IMG/VR virus record: IMGVR_UViG_3300042502_001233
Location: 124,001 to 188,000 of that record
Reading direction: 5' to 3' (one strand)
DNA length: 64,000 bases
Shown here: positions 49,704-57,693 of the stretch, piece by piece
Position numbering within the stretch: position 1 is the stretch's first letter
Layout of the letters: every line of letters begins with the position of its first letter
The notes under the pieces: model-generated
The model's input: only the letters and a program-made list of their open reading frames with translations
Told to the model about the DNA's origin: nothing
Database searches by the model: none
Position numbers and translations under genes: made by a program

Positions 49704-51572
49704 TTAATTCCATAACAAACCATATCCATCTTCTTGTAACAATAAATCACCATCTTCTTGTAATAATAAATTAGTGTCTAAAGGTCTATACGTTGGGATT
49801 CCATCGTTAAAATTCTGTATGATATTGCAATATTTTAATTCGCAAATATTAAACTTAAATTGTGATATTGAACCAATAAAACTACCCGCAAAATTTGTTT
49901 CTATTGGTAGATTTCTATCGTTAGGGTCTAACCCATCAAAAGTCTGGCTTTCTAACAAACCTTGAGTACCACCACCTAAACTAAAGTTAAACGGTACACC
50001 CACTTGTTTTGATTTGTGTTCATCAAGTCTTCTAGCTATAAATTCACTAAAGTTATCAAAAACTTTTTTAAGTTTACCATTGACATAAACCATAAGTTTG
50101 CCTTTTCTTTGATGAGCAGTAGTTAAATCACATTCTGATTTATAATCAGTTACAAATTTAAGAACCACATAAGACCATACATCCGTATCAACAACTCCTG
50201 AAAGTGAATATCTTTCTTCTATAGTAACACCAGTAATGTTGATTCTTTCATTGTTAATAGTTTCACATTTGCCAGTTACTGTCAATAATCTATAACCTAT
50301 ACTACCATCATCTTTTATTCTAAACCCTAGCGCGTTGTCAATTATATCAATGTTATAATCTAGATTATTAGCACCTAATGGACTAGTAAAACCAGAAAAA
50401 GAACTTACCGTTTCCCTGCCGTAACCGTCATTAGGACCACAACAACGACCACCGTCATCTGCACGACCGTAAATTAAAAATGGGTTGGTCGTATTAGTTA
50501 CAACTTCTTTAGGTCTAACAACTAAAATTCCACCGCCATCATAATCACAAACCATCTTAGAGCCTAATCCATCCATAGGTCCGCTACAACGAGAACAACT
50601 ACAATTAGCATTACTATCATCGTGTTGTGTGTTTCCAGTAACAATTAAAATAGTATCAGTTTCACCTGTAACTCTAACCATGTTAGTTCTACCAGAACCC
50701 CTACCATAAATTAAAAAATTATTAGTTATCAAATCAAATTCAACTTCTTCACCAGTTAACGGTATTTCATAACCATCCTCACCAATTATATAAACATCAC
50801 TTTCTTTTGGTATTGTACACCACTCACTAACAGTTTCACCACTAGTACAAGCTGTTGTTGTACATGCGCTTGTACAACCAGTATCAGCACCAGCAAATTG
50901 GTTCCAAAACTTGTTTTCGGCTCTAGTACCCATATAAAAGAAAAACCCTTTGTTATTTGGATACAAATCATTAAGTGTTGTACCTGTTGTCAATATGTCT
51001 TCTGGTTTAATCCAAAATTCAGCACTCCATGAATCATTTACTCTAGTTGGTAACACTTGGTAACTATAACCGTCTAATTTATAAAATCCTTGATAAAAAC
51101 CACCTAAAAACTGCATAAAATTACCTTCTGTGGTACCAGAACTTGAACTTATCTGATATGTTAAACCAGATGTTGTACCAGTCACGGCATGCATCATCAA
51201 CCCAGTATTACCAGATTGAATAACATAAAGACTTTGCGTCAAGGCCGATAATAATGCTTGGTTGGTAGTATCGCCACTAGATTTATCAAAAGTAATTAAA
51301 CCATTGTCAATACCAGTAAGACCAATTGTGTTTAATGTGTATCCAGAATTTGTTGCACCAGTCCAGCTAACAAGACTATGTAATGAATTTGTATTACCAC
51401 TTAAAAAAGTATCTGGATTGTTAAAATCGTACCAAACAACAAAACAAGAACCTGACAACAAAGAATCACACCCACCAGATGTTTCATCCGTAGCCAAATA
51501 AAAGTCCCAATAATCACTGTTTGAAACTTGTAGTTTTAATTTGTCAAAGTTAAAGTTTTTAATATTACCCAT
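49704..51572 (-). CDS. ConA/LamG-like structural protein
   Basis: 622 aa; WSAEFWIKP, LMVYVNG, FSLGGG, FIGSISQF; ends LLLQEDGDLLLQEDG. Confidence 0.55.
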   Translation of the reverse strand: MGNIKNFNFDKLKLQVSNSDYWDFYLATDETSGGCDSLLSGSCFVVWYDFNNPDTFLSGNTNSLHSLVSWTGATNSGYTLNTIGLTGIDNGLITFDKSSGDTTNQALLSALTQSLYVIQSGNTGLMMHAVTGTTSGLTYQISSSSGTTEGNFMQFLGGFYQGFYKLDGYSYQVLPTRVNDSWSAEFWIKPEDILTTGTTLNDLYPNNKGFFFYMGTRAENKFWNQFAGADTGCTSACTTTACTSGETVSEWCTIPKESDVYIIGEDGYEIPLTGEEVEFDLITNNFLIYGRGSGRTNMVRVTGETDTILIVTGNTQHDDSNANCSCSRCSGPMDGLGSKMVCDYDGGGILVVRPKEVVTNTTNPFLIYGRADDGGRCCGPNDGYGRETVSSFSGFTSPLGANNLDYNIDIIDNALGFRIKDDGSIGYRLLTVTGKCETINNERINITGVTIEERYSLSGVVDTDVWSYVVLKFVTDYKSECDLTTAHQRKGKLMVYVNGKLKKVFDNFSEFIARRLDEHKSKQVGVPFNFSLGGGTQGLLESQTFDGLDPNDRNLPIETNFAGSFIGSISQFKFNICELKYCNIIQNFNDGIPTYRPLDTNLLLQEDGDLLLQEDGYGLLWN

Positions 51573-51574
51573 TT

Positions 51575-54013
51575 TTATTGTGCTGTTGAAACTGTTACAG
51601 CACTAAACGTTAAACCAGATGTTATTACATTATAAACCAATCTCTTATCTTGTGTATCATTATAAACTGATTTATCGTTAAAACTTTGATTAAAATCATA
51701 GATATAACCAAAATCAGTTTTAGACGGTAACCTGTCTGAGAATGTTTTTAAATTATAAGACACACCATATGTATCACCACTGTTTTTAACCCTAGTTAAA
51801 AACATACTACCAGACATACTAGATACACCCATTAACCTATGTATAATTAAACTACTGTTTATCATTAAACCATTTAATAATACACTATCTAATCTGTTTG
51901 CACCAAATACCGAATTAACGATTATTGAGTCATCAGAAACTGTATAATCAAATTGTTCATTAACACCTGGCCCACTATACCCTAAACCAAACGAACAGTT
52001 TCTTAAGATACCGTTGTTTTTAATATTTCCGTTGGCTAACAAGTTAAGTTGGTACATTTGATTCCTATTATCTAACCCAACACCGTCAAGAGCCACAACA
52101 TTATCAATTGAAGCTGTGTTAGTTATTATAAATAAGCTCATAAATGTTGAATTAGTGATACTACCATTAACCGAACTAATATTTAAATTGAATGTATCAC
52201 CATATCTTTGTGAGTATGGTAAAAATACTGAATTATAAAGATTGTTTACAACAAAACCATCAACATTTGTATCTGGTTCGTAATCGACAATAGGGAATAT
52301 GTTGAAATCTTTTATTAATGATGTACCACTAAATCCAGATAAAGGTAACGTTACATCAACAGAATACGGTGTTTCATTTAGGGCAATTGGTAAACGAACA
52401 CCATTCCCTAACGATGGTACTGTACCTGTGGTTACACCAGATATAAATGGGTCTGCTACTGTTTTTGCGAAATCTATGTATAAATTATCGTAATACGGTT
52501 CATACATAACATATCTATGGTTTGTAGTTATAGTAGGGTTATTATTAGTACAATAATTTACCGTTCCTCTATTATAAATCGTAGAGGCTGTTGTAGCACT
52601 TGTCCCACCAGATAACTTATTGTATAAATAATTAAACCAATTTGTGTTATCCATTTGAAATCTTCTGTATCTCTGCACTCTCCAATCCACATTTGCAGAA
52701 ATAGACCCGTCAGCGTTTTCTCTTTTTATGATAAGACCTTTTCTAGTACCAATTAAATTAGCTGGTATGTTGTCATCATAAATGTCTGTATCTGTAAAAT
52801 CGTATTCTAATTTATCACCAGCAAAAGTTAAACTTTCTGCAAATATTGAGAAACTAGAATTATCCAGAGCGGTTAACACCAATGATTCTACAATTGGTGA
52901 AGGGTTTTCAGCACCAGTCATAGACATATATGGTCCATCATCATGTACTTCAGTGTTTAACACACCACCAGATTTAAAGACTGGTTTTCCATTTATATCA
53001 TTTATGGTAGAACCAGACGGTACATTAGAATATCTTTGTTTTTCAAATTTCATCTTAACACCAATATTATTAGCGCCAGTTATTGATGGAGAAAAACGGA
53101 TATAAGCTGAGTTAAAATAATCAATAATGGTAAATGTAGAACCAGTTGTTACAGATGCACCTGAAGGTGCAAAAACACATACCACCGTATCACCGTTAGC
53201 CGCAATGTTGCTAGGTACATTATTGAATTGGCTATAAAGACCTGAAGAACCTATAATTTCATGTTCTTGAATTCTATTTCTAGAATCAGAACCATTTATT
53301 TGGTAAACTGTTTGATAGTCGGTTAATATGTATTTATTACCTGGAACTAATTGATTGTTTGTTACCAGCGTATTTAATGTTGCGTAATCACCACTAAAAC
53401 GACCCTCAGGCGCTTGCCATTCAGCCATACCCTCAGCATCAACACATGTTAATACACTACCTATTTGTGGTTCATTTGTAACTATAAGCCTTTCGGTTCT
53501 AGTAATCCCAGAAACATCAACCCAAATTGTTCTACCAGTGTAACCTAAACTAGTAGCTGAATAAGTTGTCAAATCCAAAGTTTCAACAGTACCACTATAA
53601 TTACCACCACCTAAATCATAGAAAGCTATAGGTGTTATATCAAAAGTAACACCAGTATAAAACAATGCAACGGTGTTTCCGTCAATAACAGTGGTTGTTT
53701 CAGCCGAAAAAACTGGTTCTTCAATAAGTTGAGTGGTTGCGGATAAAGATGGTGTTATCGCTGAAAGATAAGGTTCACCAATTACCATAATAGGGTCATA
53801 CCAATTATAAATAGTCGTCGTACCGTTACCTGAAAATGTACTAGCTAGCATTGTGTATGTTTCTGTATCTCCGCTAGTTTCCAAATTTGGACCACTAGTC
53901 AATGCACTGAATGTTAATCCAAATGAAGTACCACCAGATAAAACTGTGTGAGTTTTCTCAAATTGCTTTATTTGTCTATTGTCTGAATAATCTAATTTTG
54001 TCCTAAAAGCCAT
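51575..54013 (-). CDS. Structural/fibre protein
   Basis: 812 aa; LVPGNKYILTDYQT fibre-like motif; beta-helix-like C-terminus; late motif upstream. Confidence 0.55.
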   Translation of the reverse strand: MAFRTKLDYSDNRQIKQFEKTHTVLSGGTSFGLTFSALTSGPNLETSGDTETYTMLASTFSGNGTTTIYNWYDPIMVIGEPYLSAITPSLSATTQLIEEPVFSAETTTVIDGNTVALFYTGVTFDITPIAFYDLGGGNYSGTVETLDLTTYSATSLGYTGRTIWVDVSGITRTERLIVTNEPQIGSVLTCVDAEGMAEWQAPEGRFSGDYATLNTLVTNNQLVPGNKYILTDYQTVYQINGSDSRNRIQEHEIIGSSGLYSQFNNVPSNIAANGDTVVCVFAPSGASVTTGSTFTIIDYFNSAYIRFSPSITGANNIGVKMKFEKQRYSNVPSGSTINDINGKPVFKSGGVLNTEVHDDGPYMSMTGAENPSPIVESLVLTALDNSSFSIFAESLTFAGDKLEYDFTDTDIYDDNIPANLIGTRKGLIIKRENADGSISANVDWRVQRYRRFQMDNTNWFNYLYNKLSGGTSATTASTIYNRGTVNYCTNNNPTITTNHRYVMYEPYYDNLYIDFAKTVADPFISGVTTGTVPSLGNGVRLPIALNETPYSVDVTLPLSGFSGTSLIKDFNIFPIVDYEPDTNVDGFVVNNLYNSVFLPYSQRYGDTFNLNISSVNGSITNSTFMSLFIITNTASIDNVVALDGVGLDNRNQMYQLNLLANGNIKNNGILRNCSFGLGYSGPGVNEQFDYTVSDDSIIVNSVFGANRLDSVLLNGLMINSSLIIHRLMGVSSMSGSMFLTRVKNSGDTYGVSYNLKTFSDRLPSKTDFGYIYDFNQSFNDKSVYNDTQDKRLVYNVITSGLTFSAVTVSTAQ

Positions 54014-54074
54014 ATTTTATTGTTTTATTATAAATATTCTAGGTTTTGAATATATTTATAATAAAACATAATTT

Positions 54075-54584
54075 ATGAGTAGATTTATATCAAAAGAACG
54101 TTTACAGGAATTAGTTGGTGGAGATATCACTTCAATTGGTGGTGATTTTATCGCAACAAATGATAGTCAAATACAAACAGGACCAGTTAAAAAACCGTAC
54201 AATGATGATTCTGAATACGAAAAAGGTATGTCAACAACAACCGATAAAGTGTTTGGTCGTTATAGACAAGACATACCATGGTTTGCTGTTTATAGCTTTG
54301 GCGGTTCAAACACTGGTGGTCTTGCACTTAACTATGGTTCAATCAGTAAAATAGGTTTTAATGAAAATACTACGGTTATCAAAAAGAAAACTGTTGAAGA
54401 AAAGATAGATGATTTGGTAAAAAGAAGCAAAACTTCAGATGTTACCGATAAAAATTACAACCCAAAAGTTGCTAAATTAATTGACACTATTAGTGATGTT
54501 GATTTAACTGATGCTCAATTAGAAGAATTATCAAAAGCAATATTAGATAAAAAGAACAACATCAAACCAATTAAAAACCTATAA
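54075..54584 (+). CDS. Hypothetical late protein
   Basis: 169 aa; TATTTATA at 54053-54060. Confidence 0.6.
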   Translation: MSRFISKERLQELVGGDITSIGGDFIATNDSQIQTGPVKKPYNDDSEYEKGMSTTTDKVFGRYRQDIPWFAVYSFGGSNTGGLALNYGSISKIGFNENTTVIKKKTVEEKIDDLVKRSKTSDVTDKNYNPKVAKLIDTISDVDLTDAQLEELSKAILDKKNNIKPIKNL

Positions 54585-54585
54585 T

Positions 54586-55014
54586 ATGAATAGTAACATC
54601 AATGATAAACAAATTAAAAGCACCGATGGTCAAGTTAAAAACCATCAAGCTTTTGCTATGGAACTATCTAGGATTGGTGAAGCTAAAAAAATGTGTGAAG
54701 AAACTAAAAATTGTTTTGAATACAACAGACTAGGTGGTCAAAAAAGAAAAATAGAACTTGAATCAATAGTTCAAAGTGAAAGAAAAAGGGATGAAATGAG
54801 AAGAAAAACTCAAATGGATACAAACCCTGAAAACATGCACCAAGATGAAAAAAAACCAACTGACGTTGGTGTTACTAAAGTGACAAAATCAGCGGACCAT
54901 AGCGGTGGTGAAGTTAAAAAAATTCTTTCTAACTCACAAGCATTATCTGAAGAAATTTCTAATATGAAATATTTAATAGAATACATGAATAATAACAAAA
55001 AACAAAAACTATAA
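54586..55014 (+). CDS. Hypothetical late protein
   Basis: 142 aa; C-terminal LSEEISNMKYLI motif. Confidence 0.6.
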   Translation: MNSNINDKQIKSTDGQVKNHQAFAMELSRIGEAKKMCEETKNCFEYNRLGGQKRKIELESIVQSERKRDEMRRKTQMDTNPENMHQDEKKPTDVGVTKVTKSADHSGGEVKKILSNSQALSEEISNMKYLIEYMNNNKKQKL

Positions 55015-55017
55015 AAC

Positions 55018-55476
55018 ATGCCTACAGTTTACAACGGTGGTCAATCACCATTAGAAAATTATGCAATTAACGGTAACCCAATATATCCTGGGACTGGTAG
55101 ATTAGCTATTATACAACAAACTAGAATTGGTACTGGTAAATATAATTTCCAAGGTCCATATAAAAATCCACAAATTACAGGTAACTTAAACGATGTTTAC
55201 GGAGCTACCAATACAAACGCATTGGCTGATAACTTATCACCATACAACGGTAGAGGTACTGGTGACGGTGTAACTAACGGTGTATATGCAGCAATTACTA
55301 ACTATGCTGGTGGTAACATCGAAGACATAAACGGTGTTGCTTCTTATGCGGGTTCTGGTAGAAATCAAGAAGTCACACTTAATGCTGCAACTTGGGGTTA
55401 CGGACCATCAGCTATTGCTGGTAGTAACTATGTAATACCTAACACAGCTAGTAACATTGGTCAAGTAATAATCTAA
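55018..55476 (+). CDS. Gly/Asn-rich small virion protein
   Basis: 152 aa; composition and late-operon context. Confidence 0.5.
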   Translation: MPTVYNGGQSPLENYAINGNPIYPGTGRLAIIQQTRIGTGKYNFQGPYKNPQITGNLNDVYGATNTNALADNLSPYNGRGTGDGVTNGVYAAITNYAGGNIEDINGVASYAGSGRNQEVTLNAATWGYGPSAIAGSNYVIPNTASNIGQVII

Positions 55477-55490
55477 AAAAAAAATATTTT

Positions 55491-55988
55491 ATGAAGCTTT
55501 ACAATATCTTTGAAGAAGTTATATTAGAAGAAATCAAGAAAAATTCTCAGTTAATTTCTGAGGGTGTTTCTTCTGATGCGGTTAAAGCTGTTATCAGGGA
55601 TAAAGTAAATGTAAACATACTTTATCAAGATTATGTTGACCAACCACCTAGTAAACGATATATACAAGTATATAATTACGCATCAACTAAAGTAAACAAC
55701 GACTCAATTAGAGCGTATCAAATTAGTGGTGGTTCAAAAACTAAAAAACCAAATAGTTGGAAAATATTTTTGTTAGATAAAATAGTTGGTTGGTATCCAA
55801 CAAACATGAAATGGCAAAACCCTGTATCTGATTATGACGCTAGTATTCCAGCTTATAATCAGTTAGGTGATAGAACAATGAGTCAAGTTTATGATAAAGT
55901 CAACCCAGATACGTTCACAAGACAAAGAAGTGATATCTATCAAAACCCTAACTTAACACAAGATAACGAAGAAGACGAAGAATTTTAA
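55491..55988 (+). CDS. Stand-alone WYL-like domain protein
   Basis: KRYIQVY...SIRAYQ..G.S...WKIFLLDKI pattern. Confidence 0.5.
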   Translation: MKLYNIFEEVILEEIKKNSQLISEGVSSDAVKAVIRDKVNVNILYQDYVDQPPSKRYIQVYNYASTKVNNDSIRAYQISGGSKTKKPNSWKIFLLDKIVGWYPTNMKWQNPVSDYDASIPAYNQLGDRTMSQVYDKVNPDTFTRQRSDIYQNPNLTQDNEEDEEF

Positions 55989-55992
55989 AATT

Positions 55993-56604
55993 ATGGATGT
56001 ACCAAAACCAGTAGACATAGGTGCTTTAAGTGCTTTATTAGGTAAAGCAAAACAAGTAATGAATGTGGTAGAATCTAGAGCTCCAGAAAAAAAACAAGAA
56101 AGAGGTCGAGATTTCGACCCTAGAGACTCATACAATCAATCAATGTTTGATAACGCTCCAATATATAACGAATCTGACGAAAGAGAACCTATTTATGAAA
56201 ATTATCAACAATCAGCACCACAAGGTATTGTTCAAAACCATGACTACACACCAGAACAAATTATGGCGTCAAATTTACCTCCAATAGTAAAAGAAGCGAT
56301 GTTAAAAAACCCAATCCCTAGATTGAGTGGACCACCTTCAAAAGTTAGCGCTGAAGAGATTGCTAGAATAACTGGAGCTAAAATTAGAACACCACAAAAA
56401 CAACAAAGACAAGTTATTTCTGAAGGTATAGTGAGTGATGATATGATAACAATTAGCAAAACTCAATTACAAGATATGATTAATGAATCAATTAACACTT
56501 TTTTTAAACAAACGTACAATAAAACTGTTACAGAAGAAACAATAAAAAAGACAATTAATCTACTAATAAAAGAAGGTAAAATACAAACTAAAAGAAAAAT
56601 ATAA
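55993..56604 (+). CDS. Hypothetical protein
   Basis: 203 aa; LPPIVKEAMLKNPIP; ISE/INE motifs. Confidence 0.6.
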   Translation: MDVPKPVDIGALSALLGKAKQVMNVVESRAPEKKQERGRDFDPRDSYNQSMFDNAPIYNESDEREPIYENYQQSAPQGIVQNHDYTPEQIMASNLPPIVKEAMLKNPIPRLSGPPSKVSAEEIARITGAKIRTPQKQQRQVISEGIVSDDMITISKTQLQDMINESINTFFKQTYNKTVTEETIKKTINLLIKEGKIQTKRKI

Positions 56605-56633
56605 AAAAAAGGGGTTTAATAACCCCTTTTTTA
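56604..56633. terminator. Intrinsic terminator
   Basis: AAAAAAGGGGTT-taat-AACCCCTTTTTT. Confidence 0.75.
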
Positions 56634-56696
56634 TTTACTATTTGTTTTTAAAACGATATATTTAAAAATCAATAAAATGTTTTAAAACAAATTTTC

Positions 56697-56753
56697 ATGA
56701 AAAAATTAAAAGTATTGGTAGTGCCTTCAGACCGTACAGGTGTAAGCTACTTT
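56697..56753 (+). pseudogene. Orphan 5' end of the glycosyltransferase (MKKLKVLVVPSDRTGVSYF)
   Basis: Hand translation; the frame runs on into the cassette and stops at 56819. Confidence 0.85.
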
Positions 56754-56796
56754 GACTTTTTTTATGTTTTTCTATATATTTATAATAAAATAACTT

Positions 56797-57693
56797 ATGG
56801 AAAAAGAAACAGAAAATAAAATTATTAACCTTTATTTAAGTGGGGTAGGTTCGACAACAATAATAAAGTTAATCCCAAACATAACAAAAAAAAATGTTTT
56901 GAAATTATTAAAAGAAAAAAACATATTAAGAAATCGATTATTAGGTGACGAATTTTATAAAGATTATTGGTTTGATGGTGAATATTGGTGTGGGTTATGG
57001 GTTTGTGAATCATGTAATAATAAAATTAATTTTTCAGTTAAAGAAAAAAGTTTATTAAATAGAAATTTAAAAAGAAAAAAAATATGTAAAAAATGTTCAC
57101 TAGAAAATCAAATAGGTGAAAATAACCCATTTTTTAATAAAAAACATTCAATTGAATCAATAATTAAAATATCAAAAAGTAAAATTGGTATAACAACTAG
57201 CGACCATATGAGTAAATCTGAATATAGAAAAATGTTTAGTGACATGGCTAAAGAACGTTGGGGTAATGGTAGTATGGAAGAAACAAGAATTAAATTAAGT
57301 AATCTAATGAAAGAAAGAATTTCATCAGGTTTATTAAAAAGTTATAATAGGTCTAAAGCAGAAGATGAATTAATATTAACATTAGAAACTAAAAATATTT
57401 TAGTCGAACCAAATTATCTATTAGAAGGTAAAATATTTGATTTATATATACCTAAATTTAATTTATTAATTGAATATAATGGAGATTATTGGCATTGTAA
57501 CCCACAAAAATACGAATCTAATTATTTAAACACTAAAAAAAATAAAACAGCTAAAGAAATTTGGGAGTATGATGCTAAAAAACTTTACTTAGCCAAAAAA
57601 AATCACTATAATTGTGAAGTAATTTGGGAAACAGATTACAAAAAAAATAAAAACATAATATTAAACATATTAAAAAAATATGAAACAAACTAA
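56797..57693 (+). CDS. Free-standing endonuclease 4 (HTH + Zn finger + NUMOD3 + Vsr/DUF559-like nuclease)
   Basis: CESC...CKKC; GENNPFFNKKHS; RSKAE...FDLYIP...IEYNGDYWH; VIWE. Confidence 0.8.
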   Translation: MEKETENKIINLYLSGVGSTTIIKLIPNITKKNVLKLLKEKNILRNRLLGDEFYKDYWFDGEYWCGLWVCESCNNKINFSVKEKSLLNRNLKRKKICKKCSLENQIGENNPFFNKKHSIESIIKISKSKIGITTSDHMSKSEYRKMFSDMAKERWGNGSMEETRIKLSNLMKERISSGLLKSYNRSKAEDELILTLETKNILVEPNYLLEGKIFDLYIPKFNLLIEYNGDYWHCNPQKYESNYLNTKKNKTAKEIWEYDAKKLYLAKKNHYNCEVIWETDYKKNKNIILNILKKYETN

